Source: a bacterium (GTDB lineage Bacteria > Joyebacterota > Joyebacteria > Joyebacterales > Joyebacteraceae). From it: a stretch of DNA of 57,734 nt. Both the position numbers and the translations under genes were made by a program. The notes below the pieces were generated by a model that saw nothing but the letters and a program-made list of their open reading frames with translations, was not told the DNA's origin and did not search any database. This document shows positions 19,401 to 27,654 of the stretch, in pieces. The stretch covers positions 1 through 57,734 of the forward strand of contig JALGVU010000002.1 in the NCBI GenBank assembly GCA_025774545.1. The letters are read 5' to 3'. Numbering within the stretch: the stretch's first letter is position 1; every line of letters starts with the position of its first letter.

Positions 19401-19836
19401 GCACGTGCCTGAAGTCGTCGTACGATCCGGTGAAGGGCACCACGACGCGGTTCTTGAAGAGCTCTGTGAACCCACCGACCGTCTCGCTGAGATGGGCGAG
19501 CGACACGTTGGTCTGCTGGAAGTCGTTGTGCGAGGCGTAGATGATGACGGGAATGATCGTGGTGAGCTCGTGACCCAGAAGGGCCTCGAAATCGGCGTTC
19601 GCCTGCTCCATGATCCTGGAAGCCGCGTCGGCGAGGTCCTCGGAGCCCTCGTAGAAATAGACGTCGAAGTGCTCCGTGTGCACGATGCTCCAGTCGAAAC
19701 TTCTGTACTGCACCTTGTTTCGACCGAACCTCGCGGCCTCCGCCGCGCCCGCCAACACGAGGAGCGCGAGCGTGGCTGCCACCATGACGAATGGTGCTCG
19801 CTTCTTCCGGGACACCGTCTTGCTCCAAGCCTCCAT
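16447..19836 (-). CDS. Outer-membrane fusion protein (1,129 aa): zinc-metallopeptidase-like (HELTH) domain, TolB/PD40 beta-propeller repeats, Ala/Ser/Asp tandem-repeat linker, and an Omp85/D15 beta-barrel
   Basis: Signal peptide MEAWSKTVSRKKRAPFVMVAATLALLVLAGAAEAA. HELTHVF motif. At least 6 (W)SPDG...(D/N)LY PD40-like units. The C-terminal ~400 aa has Omp85-like strands (NLEFRYPF..., GYGFGIRSNLSFMVLRLDWAW) and ends in ...FALGAEF. Confidence 0.85.
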   Translation of the reverse strand: MEAWSKTVSRKKRAPFVMVAATLALLVLAGAAEAARFGRNKVQYRSFDWSIVHTEHFDVYFYEGSEDLADAASRIMEQANADFEALLGHELTTIIPVIIYASHNDFQQTNVSLAHLSETVGGFTELFKNRVVVPFTGSYDDFRHVLYHELTHVFMFDIVYGGLVESVVRQAYTNPVPLWFVEGLAEYVSQGWDPEAEMILRDLTVSDIVVPLQHLYGGYLVYKEGQSVLNFVAERYGEEKIREIVRAIAKTHNLDRALKESLGLLTPELHDEWDRWLKEKYWPEVTDRDRGAEIAKLITNHRKDGSYFNIGPEISPDGKSVVFVSDRTGLADVYLASTLDGAIIDRLVSGQQSDDFETMHILRTGFTWSPDGKEICFVAKAGESDALHFIDVESGRLARSFRFPLDGIFTPSWSPDGERIVFVGTLRGATDLYVTDPNGSDPIQLTDDFFDERDPEWSPDGARVAFASDRDSPEERGFHRDYDLYVVDVATREVETLVARPGTEESPTWSPDGDRIAYASDENGTMDLYIADLADSVTAQATKLIGGAKAPSWARTGDWLAFSHFGEGGHDIAVVKHPLERFEERLASSGWRPTIARRSEVEPSGVDLAAAVADSAAAAGADLSIAAGADSAAAAGAALSIAAGADSAAAAGADLSIAAGADSAAAAGAALSIAAVADSAAAAGAALSIAAGADSASATGAGSAIAPDETPGDDLVAAGVPGSAEEDAVELELDHGSASDEEDAPDGDTVRKARDAYRGASGVPGHDDEFTDGREPGTIEPYRPKFTPDWVSGGLGYTSSYGFTAALSVAISDVLGNHRFYLASDLVSSVEASNFYVLYEHLASRANYSFGVYNFKEYYYSDRTRLGEDLGEKRYFSERSYGLSGGVAYPFSMFRRVEFDFSVLSVDRQFAEETDAGTVEFTDESLKRSLLIPSVRFVSDTTLWGSVGPVGGGRSSIVLSKAWSPDGDFDYLTAIADVRRYLRLGSRHTFAIKVVAARSSSDDAQNFYMGGVNGLRGHDDFQFRGHNLGLVNLEFRYPFIDYLDIASPIPLTLWGLRGVAFLDVGAVWDEDFRGVVRADHARLNDIKAGYGFGIRSNLSFMVLRLDWAWPTDLRTSGDVEVHFALGAEF
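17750..18010. repeat. 48-nt near-perfect tandem repeat, about 5.4 copies, inside the Omp85-fusion gene (16-aa unit GADSAAAAGA(D/A)LSIAA)
   Basis: Unit starts at 17750, 17798, 17846, 17894, 17942 and 17990, exactly 48 nt apart. Copies differ by only a few substitutions. Confidence 0.9.
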
Positions 19837-19843
19837 ACTAGAG

Positions 19844-19872
19844 ATCTTAGGCCCACACTCCTGGTGTGTCAA
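19844..19872 (-). promoter_or_regulatory. Sigma70-type promoter of the Omp85-fusion gene; its geometry implies a leaderless or near-leaderless mRNA
   Basis: Minus strand reads TTGACA (19872-19867), N17, TAAGAT (19849-19844). Only 7 nt separate the -10 box from the ATG at 19836, and there is no Shine-Dalgarno sequence. Confidence 0.5.
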
Positions 19873-19984
19873 CTCCGGCGGTTGACTTCGGGGGACGCGG
19901 CCCGCATGATGACTCCGCGAGGGAGCAAGATGCCCGCCAACGAACGTCCCCGCGCTCCTCGCGGCCGCGGGATCGGAGGAACCG

Positions 19985-20449
19985 ATGACTCGATTGGTGA
20001 GACGCCTTCCCGTCCCACCTCTTCAGGGAGCGATCCGCTCAGTCGCGGCCGCGGCAGTTGCGGCGCTCCTGCTCAGTGGTTGCGGCGCCGAGTCTGAGCC
20101 TGGCGACGGGGAGGCCGCACCGCCTGAGCGCGGCGTCACCGAGAGCGGGTTCGTCGAGCACGTGGCCGCCCTGAGTCTCGCTCTCGAGGAGGGACTCACG
20201 GGGGAGGACGCCAGGGACCGCGTTGCCGAGCTGGGCGCTCCGACCTACACGCGAGGGGAGATCGAGAACTTCACGGCGTACCTGCGCAGGGATCCGGTGA
20301 GGTGGGCGGAAGCCGCTCGACGGATAGACGAGCGGGTCGACGTGCTCCGATCGAAGTTCCCGGCCACCCCCGACACGTCCGGCCCGCGTCCGACGAAGGT
20401 GCGTCCGACCGGGAAGACACAGCAACCCACCACCGCTAGCTCACCCTGA
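19985..20449 (+). CDS. Putative lipoprotein (154 aa)
   Basis: GGAGGA-N4-ATG. Lipobox LLLSGC follows a hydrophobic stretch. Codon usage is coding-like, and the competing minus ORF is Arg-rich junk. It converges on rseP with a 14-nt overlap. Confidence 0.65.
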   Translation: MTRLVRRLPVPPLQGAIRSVAAAAVAALLLSGCGAESEPGDGEAAPPERGVTESGFVEHVAALSLALEEGLTGEDARDRVAELGAPTYTRGEIENFTAYLRRDPVRWAEAARRIDERVDVLRSKFPATPDTSGPRPTKVRPTGKTQQPTTASSP

Positions 20450-21749
20450 TGACGTCCTTGATGATCAGGAGGACCATCAGGCACGCGAAGAAGACCAGCC
20501 CGATCTGCTGCCACACCGCGAGCTGTCTCTCCGTGAGCCGGCGCCTCCTCACCTTCTCGAGCACGAGGAGCAGGAGGTGTCCGCCGTCCAGGATCGGCAA
20601 CGGCAGCATGTTGAGAAGGAAGAGATTGAGCGAGAGATAGGCCATGAAGCCGAAGAAGTAGCTCGCGCCCCACCGCGAGCTCTCGCCCGCAAGCTGCACG
20701 ATCCTGATCGGACCGCCCAGCATCTCGGGAGCCACCTCGCCCGAGATGAGATTCCCGAAGAACTCGCCGATGAGCGCGATGTTGCCGATGGAGATCTCGA
20801 AGCCCGTCGCGATCGCCCCGGCGAGCCCGAGCTTCTTCACCGTCCAGGTTCGCATGATGCCGATGAGGCCGACGGTGCGAACACCGGTCAGGCCTACCGG
20901 CTCCTCCCCCTCCTCCGGCACGACCGTCGTCTGCATCCGCTCTCCGTCGCGTTCCCACACGATCGCGAGCGTCTCGCCGGCGCTGCCGCGGATCATGTCC
21001 CCCAGCTCGTACCACGTGTTGACCTCGGTCCCGGCCACCGAGACGACGCGATCGCCGGTCCGGAGGCCGGCCCGGTGAGCGGGCCCATCGCTCATCACGT
21101 CGCCGAGCACCGGCGGGACGTACGCCGTGATCCCGAGGTCCAGGGCGCCCGTCGCCGTGTCGCGAACGGCCTCGACGACGACGGTCCTCGTGGGCGCGCC
21201 CTCGCGCTCGATGAGGAACTCGATCGGTCCCTCCTCGCGCGCGGCCACCTCATTGAGAACGCCCTCCCAGTCGGAGACCGGAGCGCCCTCGACCTCGATC
21301 ACGCGATCGCCCATCGCGAGGCCGGCCGCGGCGGCCAGCGTTCCCTCGTCCACCCCGCCGATGATCGGCTCGCCCAGCGTGGGAAGTCCGGCGAGCCACA
21401 GCACGCCCGCCGACACGAGCACGGCCCACACGAAGTTCGTGATCGGACCGGCGACGACGATGAGCGCCCTCACGCCGATCGGCTTCCCCAGGAAGGTACG
21501 TGAGGCCGGGATCGACTCGTCGACCTCCTCGGACGGGTCCATCCCGGCCATCTTCACGTAGCCGCCGAACGGGATGAGGGAGAGAGCGTACTCGGTCTCG
21601 CCGCGTCTGAAGGAGACGAGCTTCGGGCCCAGTCCGATCGAGAAGCGCTCGACCGCCACCCCCGCCAGGCGGGCCGCGAGGAAGTGACCGATCTCGTGGA
21701 CCATGATGAGGATGCCGAGAAGCAGGACGCCTGCGACGAGATGAAACAC
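20436..21749 (-). CDS. rseP: RIP (site-2) zinc metalloprotease RseP
   Basis: HEIGHFLAAR motif in the first TM segment, PDZ-like middle region, and a C-terminal LNLLPLPILDGG motif. Confidence 0.92.
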   Translation of the reverse strand: MFHLVAGVLLLGILIMVHEIGHFLAARLAGVAVERFSIGLGPKLVSFRRGETEYALSLIPFGGYVKMAGMDPSEEVDESIPASRTFLGKPIGVRALIVVAGPITNFVWAVLVSAGVLWLAGLPTLGEPIIGGVDEGTLAAAAGLAMGDRVIEVEGAPVSDWEGVLNEVAAREEGPIEFLIEREGAPTRTVVVEAVRDTATGALDLGITAYVPPVLGDVMSDGPAHRAGLRTGDRVVSVAGTEVNTWYELGDMIRGSAGETLAIVWERDGERMQTTVVPEEGEEPVGLTGVRTVGLIGIMRTWTVKKLGLAGAIATGFEISIGNIALIGEFFGNLISGEVAPEMLGGPIRIVQLAGESSRWGASYFFGFMAYLSLNLFLLNMLPLPILDGGHLLLLVLEKVRRRRLTERQLAVWQQIGLVFFACLMVLLIIKDVIRVS

Positions 21750-21797
21750 GAACGTGGCCTCCCCGCCCGACGACCGCGGAGCTCCGCGGTCCGGGCG

Positions 21798-22964
21798 CTA
21801 GTTCCTTCCTGCGTGAAGCCGCCCGACCGAGGCCAAGGCGGCGTCGCGTGCCGCGGCCTCCGCCGTGAGGACGGCGTCGAGATCCGAAGCCGCGCCGCCC
21901 GGGACGGCGCGGAGCGTCTCCTCGATCACTCCTGCTATGCCCCCGAACGGGATCTCGCCCTTGACGAACGCGGCGACGGCGACCTCGTCCGCGGTGGCGG
22001 CGATCGCGGGGGACGTGCCTCCGCGCTTCGCGGCGTCGAGCACGAGGTCGAAACATGGATACCGCCGGTGGACGAGCGGCTCGAAATGTAGCGCCCCGAG
22101 CCGCTCGGGCGCGCACTCCCCGAAGGAGACGCCGGCCGGCTCGGGATGGAACATCGCGTACTGGATCGGCACCCGCATGTCGGGTACGCCGAGATGCGCA
22201 AGAAAGGTGCCGTCGGTCAGACGAACCAGCGAGTGCACGATCGACTCGCGGTGGATGACGACCTCGATCGAATCGAACGGGACGTCGAAGAGCCAGCGCG
22301 CCTCGACGACCTCCATGGCCTTGTTCACGAGCGTCGCGGAGTCGACCGTCACCTTCTCCCCCATGCTCCACGTCGGATGGCGGAGCACGTCCGCGACCCT
22401 CGCAGCGCCGATCTCTGACTCGGGGACGTCCCGGAGCGGGCCGCCCGACGCGGTCAGCACGACCGCCGCGACCTCCGCCGGCGGCACGCCCCTCAAACAC
22501 CGAAAGAGCGAGCTGTGCTCGCTGTCGATCGGAATCAGCGCGGCGCCCGTCCGTGCGACCTCGCGCATCACGAGCGAGCCTGCCATGACGAGCGACTCCT
22601 TGTTGGCGAGCGCGAGACGCTTGCCCGCTCGGATCGCTGCGAACGTCGGCGCGAGTCCCGCGGCCCCGACGAGCGCGTTGACGACGAGGTCGGCCTCGGG
22701 GTCGGACGCGATCTCGAGAAGGGCCTCGGGCCCGACCGCCACGTCGATGCCGAGCGGAATGTCTCCTCGCCGGGAACCGTCCACGAGCGCCACGCGCTTC
22801 ACGCCGAAGCGCGCCGCCTGAGACGCGAGAAGCTCGACGTTCCCGCGGGCAGACAAGCTCACGACCTCGAACGAGTCCGGATGCGCCTCAACCACCGCGA
22901 GCGCGCCCCGCCCGATCGAGCCGGTCGATCCCAGTATCGCGACGCGCTTCCTCGACGTCGACAC
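21798..22964 (-). CDS. dxr: 1-deoxy-D-xylulose-5-phosphate reductoisomerase
   Basis: VAILGSTGSIGRGAL NADPH-binding N-terminus and a full-length Dxr-like sequence (388 aa). Confidence 0.95.
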   Translation of the reverse strand: MSTSRKRVAILGSTGSIGRGALAVVEAHPDSFEVVSLSARGNVELLASQAARFGVKRVALVDGSRRGDIPLGIDVAVGPEALLEIASDPEADLVVNALVGAAGLAPTFAAIRAGKRLALANKESLVMAGSLVMREVARTGAALIPIDSEHSSLFRCLRGVPPAEVAAVVLTASGGPLRDVPESEIGAARVADVLRHPTWSMGEKVTVDSATLVNKAMEVVEARWLFDVPFDSIEVVIHRESIVHSLVRLTDGTFLAHLGVPDMRVPIQYAMFHPEPAGVSFGECAPERLGALHFEPLVHRRYPCFDLVLDAAKRGGTSPAIAATADEVAVAAFVKGEIPFGGIAGVIEETLRAVPGGAASDLDAVLTAEAAARDAALASVGRLHAGRN

Positions 22965-22983
22965 GATTCCCTCCCTCGGGCGA

Positions 22984-23820
22984 TCACACCACGAGGAACC
23001 TCAGGTAGTAGTAGACGAGCGGCGCGACGAAGAAAACGCTGTCGAACCGGTCGAGCATTCCCCCGTGGCCCGGCAGCGCCTTGGAGGTGTCCTTGATCTT
23101 CACGTCGCGCTTCATCAGCGACTCGACGAGATCGCCCAGGATGGCCATCGCGGGCGCCACGATGCCGAGGACGAGCGCATCGAGGAACGACAGGAACGAC
23201 GAGGCGAACGTGTACTTGGCGATGAACGCCATGACGAGCGACACGACGAACCCGCCGATCGCGCCCTCGACCGATTTCTGCGGACTCACGCGCGGCATGA
23301 GCTTGTTCTTCCCCATCGCGTTCCCGAAGAAGTAGGCGCCGGTGTCGGCGCCCCACGCGAGGGCGAACGCGAGGAGCACGAACATGCCCCCCACGTCGCC
23401 GGTGGGAAGGTGCTGGCCGAGCCGCCGGAGAAGGATGATGTGGCTTCCGAGCCACGCGACGTAGAAGACACCGAAGATGGTGGTCGAGATGTGGAAGACC
23501 GCGAACCCACCGTCCCGCCGGAAGAGCTCCAAGACCATGACCACGATGAGGACGAACGTGATGAAGAGGCCCGAGAACATCCCACCTTTGAAGTAGACGT
23601 ACCCCGAGACACCGAGCCCCGCCGCGACGCCGACGAGCTTGTACGGCCGGATCCCCTTGGCCTCCATCATGCGGTAGAACTCGTAGAGGCCGATACCGAT
23701 GACGCAGTTCATGGCCACGAGGAACGGAATGCCGCCGACCAACGAGCAGATGATGACCGCAGGGACTCCCACCGCCGCGGTCATGAGGCGCCTCGTCAGC
23801 TGTCGGCGTTTGATCGCCAT
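22984..23820 (-). CDS. cdsA: Phosphatidate cytidylyltransferase
   Basis: Multi-TM protein with the C-terminal CdsA signature SLMKRDVKIKDTSKALPGHGGMLDRFDS. The ATG at 23820 lies 2 nt after the uppS stop; the ORF-track start at 23928 overlaps uppS. Confidence 0.9.
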   Translation of the reverse strand: MAIKRRQLTRRLMTAAVGVPAVIICSLVGGIPFLVAMNCVIGIGLYEFYRMMEAKGIRPYKLVGVAAGLGVSGYVYFKGGMFSGLFITFVLIVVMVLELFRRDGGFAVFHISTTIFGVFYVAWLGSHIILLRRLGQHLPTGDVGGMFVLLAFALAWGADTGAYFFGNAMGKNKLMPRVSPQKSVEGAIGGFVVSLVMAFIAKYTFASSFLSFLDALVLGIVAPAMAILGDLVESLMKRDVKIKDTSKALPGHGGMLDRFDSVFFVAPLVYYYLRFLVV

Positions 23821-23822
23821 GC

Positions 23823-24602
23823 TTACCGCCTGCCGCTCGACGCCTGAGCCACACCGCCGAACCTGCGTTCGCGAGTCTGGTAGACCTCGATGGCCTCGTA
23901 GAGATGCCGGCGCCGGAAGTCGGGCCACAGAACATCGGTGATGTAGATCTCGGTGTACGCGAGCTGCCAGAGCAGGAAATTGCTGATCCGGAGCTCCCCG
24001 CTCGTCCTGATGAGGAGATCCGGATCCGGGAGATCGGGCACGTAGAGGAACCGACGGAAGAGATCCTCGTCGATGTCGGCCGGGCGGACCTCGCCCCGCC
24101 GCGCCGCCTCCACGATCCCGCGGACGGCGTCGATGATCTCGGTCCTGCCCCCGTACGACAGCGCGATGTTGAGCCTCAGCCCATCGTTCTTCGAGAGCCG
24201 CTCGATCGAGCGCTCGACGCGTGAGCGCGCGTACTTGGGCAGAAGCTCGAGCCTGCCGAGGGCGTTCAGCCTGACGTTGCTCCTGTCCATCTCCTCGACC
24301 TGCTCCTTCAGAGTCTGGTCGAGGAGACGCATCAGCGCCGCGACCTCGGTGCGGGGTCGGTTCCAGTTTTCCATCGAGAACGTGTAGAGCGTGAGCTCAC
24401 GGAGCTGGAGCTCAGCGCTCGCCGCGACGATGTCGCGAACCACGGTGCGCCCGGCCGCGTGCCCCGCGATCCTCGGAAGTCCCCGCCTCCGCGCCCAGCG
24501 ACCGTTGCCGTCCATGATGATGGCCACGTGCCGCGGCAGCCTCTCCGGCCTCCTCAGGATCCTCTCGGCCAGATCCGCGCTCTTCCTGCGCCCCATCACC
24601 AC
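23823..24602 (-). CDS. uppS: Undecaprenyl (isoprenyl) diphosphate synthase
   Basis: HVAIIMDGNGRWA motif, plus ...LIRTSGELRISNFLLWQLAYTE. The start is either the GTG at 24602 or the ATG at 24596. Confidence 0.93.
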   Translation of the reverse strand: MVMGRRKSADLAERILRRPERLPRHVAIIMDGNGRWARRRGLPRIAGHAAGRTVVRDIVAASAELQLRELTLYTFSMENWNRPRTEVAALMRLLDQTLKEQVEEMDRSNVRLNALGRLELLPKYARSRVERSIERLSKNDGLRLNIALSYGGRTEIIDAVRGIVEAARRGEVRPADIDEDLFRRFLYVPDLPDPDLLIRTSGELRISNFLLWQLAYTEIYITDVLWPDFRRRHLYEAIEVYQTRERRFGGVAQASSGRR

Positions 24603-24687
24603 CCCTTCTCGACTCCCGCCGGATAGAGGAGGACGGCGGGCCCGAGCCAGCCGTCCTCATCCACGTTGCGTAGGGCCCGAGAGCCGC

Positions 24688-24858
24688 TCAACCCTGCTCG
24701 ATCGCGTCGAACGGGCACTCGTCGGCACACAGCCCGCAGTCCGTGCAGGCGTCGGCGTCTATCGTGTACTTCTCCTCACCCTCTGAGATCGCCTCCACGG
24801 GGCACACGCTGACGCAGGCACCGCAAGCGGTGCAGGCGTCGTTGATCACGTAAGCCAC
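24688..24858 (-). CDS. Small 2x[4Fe-4S] ferredoxin (56 aa), not in the supplied ORF track
   Basis: GAGGAGGTG-N4-GTG start at 24858, TGA at 24688-24690. Hand translation: MAYVINDACTACGACVSVCPVEAISEGEEKYTIDADACTDCGLCADECPFDAIEQG. It contains two CxxCxxCxxxCP clusters. Confidence 0.8.
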   Translation of the reverse strand: MAYVINDACTACGACVSVCPVEAISEGEEKYTIDADACTDCGLCADECPFDAIEQG

Positions 24859-24912
24859 AGTTCACCTCCTCGTGAATTACGAAGGTCCCCTCGTTCCGTC
24901 CGGCCCGGTTGG

Positions 24913-25470
24913 CTAGACCTCCATCAACTCCGTCTCTTTCGCGGCGAGAATGTGGTCGACCTCGTGGACCCCCTTGTCGGTCATCTCCTGCACCGTCTTG
25001 TCGTGGGCCCTGTGGAAATCGTCCTCGGAGATCTCGCCGTCCTTCTGCTTCTGCTTGAGGATCTCGTTGACGTCGCGCCTGACGTTCCTGATCGCGACGC
25101 GCCCTTCCTCAGCCAGCTTGTGAACGTAGCGCACCATCTCCTTCCGACGCTCTTCGGTGAGCGCGGGGATCGGCACCCTGATGAGGTGACCGTCGCTCGA
25201 GGGATTCAGGCCCAGGTCGGCCGCGCGGATCGCCTTCTCGATGTCGCCGACGATCTTCTTGTCCCACGGCTGGACGACAAGAAGCCTCGCCTCCGGCACG
25301 CTGATGTTCGCCACCTGCCGGAGCGGGACCTTGTTCCCGTAGTACTCCAGCTTGACGCCGTCGAGGAGCGAGACGGTCGCTTTCCCCGTCCGGATCTTGG
25401 CGAACTCCCTCTTCATCGCCTCGACCGCCTTGTCCATGCGCTCCTGAGCTTCGGCGAAGAGCTCCTGCAT
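24913..25470 (-). CDS. frr: Ribosome recycling factor
   Basis: 185 aa, MQELFAEAQERMDKAVEAMKREFAKIRTGKA.... The ATG shares 1 nt with the pyrH stop (TAATG). Confidence 0.95.
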   Translation of the reverse strand: MQELFAEAQERMDKAVEAMKREFAKIRTGKATVSLLDGVKLEYYGNKVPLRQVANISVPEARLLVVQPWDKKIVGDIEKAIRAADLGLNPSSDGHLIRVPIPALTEERRKEMVRYVHKLAEEGRVAIRNVRRDVNEILKQKQKDGEISEDDFHRAHDKTVQEMTDKGVHEVDHILAAKETELMEV

Positions 25471-26189
25471 TACTTCCCTCCCTTGACGCGGGTTCCGATG
25501 ACGTCCCCCTGTACGGCCCTCGCGATGTTGCCCGGCTCCGCGAGGGCGAAGACGACGATGGGCAGTTCCCGTTCCCTGGCCAGCGTCACGGCTGTGAGAT
25601 CCATGACGCCGAGCTCCCTCTCGACGATGTCCCGGTACGTCAGCTCGTCGAAACGGGTCGCATTCGGGTTCTCGACGGGGTCGCTGTCGTAGACGCCGTC
25701 GACCTTCGTCGCCTTGAGCAGCGCGTCGGCGCCGAGTTCGGCGGCTCGAAGCGCCGCGGCCGTGTCGGTGCTGAAGAAGGGATTCCCGGTGCCTGCCACG
25801 AAGATGACGATCTTGCGGGCGGCGAGATGGGCGTCGGCGAGACGATGGTCGTACTGCTCGGCTGCCCTTCCGCACGGGATGGCGCTCATCACGGTCGTCT
25901 TCTGCCCCAGCTCCTCGAGAGCGCTCTCGAGCGCGAGGCCGTTCACGATCGTCGCGACCATTCCCATGTAGTCGGCGCTCACGCGGGCCGCGCCGCCGGG
26001 CGCGGTCGAGGACCCACGTATGATGTTCCCGGCGCCCACGACGATGCCGATCTCGGCGCCGGTGTCTGCGGCGGCCTTGATCTCGGACGCCAGACGACGA
26101 ACCGACGAGCGAGAGACGGGCTTGCCGCCCTCGCCCGAGAGGGCCTCGCCACTCACTTTCAGGATCACCCGTCTACTGGCAGCAGGCAT
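25470..26189 (-). CDS. pyrH: UMP kinase
   Basis: RVILKVSGEAL..., IVVGAGNIIRG, full-length PyrH-like sequence (239 aa). Confidence 0.95.
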   Translation of the reverse strand: MPAASRRVILKVSGEALSGEGGKPVSRSSVRRLASEIKAAADTGAEIGIVVGAGNIIRGSSTAPGGAARVSADYMGMVATIVNGLALESALEELGQKTTVMSAIPCGRAAEQYDHRLADAHLAARKIVIFVAGTGNPFFSTDTAAALRAAELGADALLKATKVDGVYDSDPVENPNATRFDELTYRDIVERELGVMDLTAVTLARERELPIVVFALAEPGNIARAVQGDVIGTRVKGGK

Positions 26190-26811
26190 CTGAGGCTGGC
26201 TTCTCCTCGGCAGCGTGAGCCTCGCCGAGCTTCATCCTCACGAAACGCTTGACGCGGATGTTCTCGCCCAGAGTCGCGATCGTCTGCTTGAGCAGATCCT
26301 CGATCGTCATGTCCGTGTCCTTCACGAAGGGCTGCTCCATCAGACAGACCTCAGCGTAGTACTTCTCGGTCCGCCCGTCCACGATTCTGTCGACGACCTT
26401 CTCCGGCTTCCCCGATGCGATCGCCTGCTCACGGTAGATCTCCCGCTCCTTCGCGAGCGCGCTCTCCGAGAGCTCCTCGCGCGAAACGACGCGGGGACTC
26501 TGCGCGGCGATGTGCATGGCGACGTCCTTCGCGAACGCTTGGAACTGGTCGGTCCTGGCCACGAAGTCCGTCTCGCAGTTGACCTCGACGAGCACGGCCA
26601 GCTTCGAGCCCGCGTGGACGTAGGACCAGATGATGCCCTCTCCGGTCGCCCTGCCCGTCCGCTTCGCGGCCTTCACGATACCCGACTTCCGCAGGTGCTC
26701 GATGGCCTTCTCCACGTCCCCCTCGGTCTCGGCGAGGGCCGACTTGCAGTCCATCACGCCCGCGCCTGTCTTCTCCCGTAGCTCCTTGACCTGAGCGGCG
26801 GTGATATCCAT
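26173..26811 (-). CDS. tsf: Elongation factor Ts (short, ~212-aa form)
   Basis: MDITAAQVKELREKTGAGVMDCKSAL... UBA-like N-terminus, then ...LVEVNCETDFVART. ATG at 26811. The 3' end overlaps the pyrH start by 17 nt. Confidence 0.92.
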   Translation of the reverse strand: MDITAAQVKELREKTGAGVMDCKSALAETEGDVEKAIEHLRKSGIVKAAKRTGRATGEGIIWSYVHAGSKLAVLVEVNCETDFVARTDQFQAFAKDVAMHIAAQSPRVVSREELSESALAKEREIYREQAIASGKPEKVVDRIVDGRTEKYYAEVCLMEQPFVKDTDMTIEDLLKQTIATLGENIRVKRFVRMKLGEAHAAEEKPASDACCQ

Positions 26812-26901
26812 CTGTTGCTCCAGCCTTCCTCGTGGGATGTCTTGAGTGTGGGTCTCTTCTAGGGCGGCGCGAGCGCCCCCGCGCCGCATGCTCCCGTGGT
26901 C

Positions 26902-27654
26902 CTACGCCTGGATCTTCTCCTCGCGCGCGGGCGGCTCTGTAGCCTCCGGGACGGCGTCCCGTCCCTCGAGCGCCGTCGCCTTGGCGTCGAGAACCGCATC
27001 GGCCGCGAACGCGGAGAAGAGCCTGATCGACCGGAGCGCGTCGTCGTTCCCTGGAATCGGATACTCGATTCGTTCCGGATCGGAGTTCGTGTCGCAGATT
27101 CCGACGATTGGGATGTCGAGCTTGTTCGCCTCGCTGAGGGCGATCTTCTCTTTCCGGGTGTCGACGATGAAGACGAGCCCGGGATGAGAATCCATGATGC
27201 GGATGCCGTCGAGCACCTTCGCGAGCTTCGCCCTCTGCCTCTCGTGGACGAGCGCCTCCTTCTTCGACAGCAGGTCGTAGGTCCCGTCCTCAGCCATGCG
27301 CTCGATGTCCTCGAGCCGTCTCACGCTCTGGCGGATCGTTCGCAGATTCGTGAGCGTGCCACCGAGCCAGCGCTCCGTGACGTAGGGCATGCCACAGCGG
27401 ACGGCCTCTTCCTTGAGGATCTGCTGGCCCTGCCGCTTCGTGCAGACGAAGAGAATCCTGTCGCCCCGCCGGACGGCTTCGGTGATCGCGTCTTTGGCCT
27501 TGTGCATGCAGACGAGCGTCTTGGCAAGATCGATGATGTGGATCCCGTTGCGCCTCATGAAGATGTACGGCTTCATCTTGGGATTCCACCGGTGGGTCTG
27601 GTGTCCGAAGTGGACGCCAGCCTCCAGGAGAGCCGCTGTGTCCGGATTGCCCAT
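26902..27654 (-). CDS. rpsB: 30S ribosomal protein S2
   Basis: AGGAG RBS and ATG at 27654. LLEAGVHFGHQTHRWNPKMKPYIF.... Confidence 0.95.
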   Translation of the reverse strand: MGNPDTAALLEAGVHFGHQTHRWNPKMKPYIFMRRNGIHIIDLAKTLVCMHKAKDAITEAVRRGDRILFVCTKRQGQQILKEEAVRCGMPYVTERWLGGTLTNLRTIRQSVRRLEDIERMAEDGTYDLLSKKEALVHERQRAKLAKVLDGIRIMDSHPGLVFIVDTRKEKIALSEANKLDIPIVGICDTNSDPERIEYPIPGNDDALRSIRLFSAFAADAVLDAKATALEGRDAVPEATEPPAREEKIQA

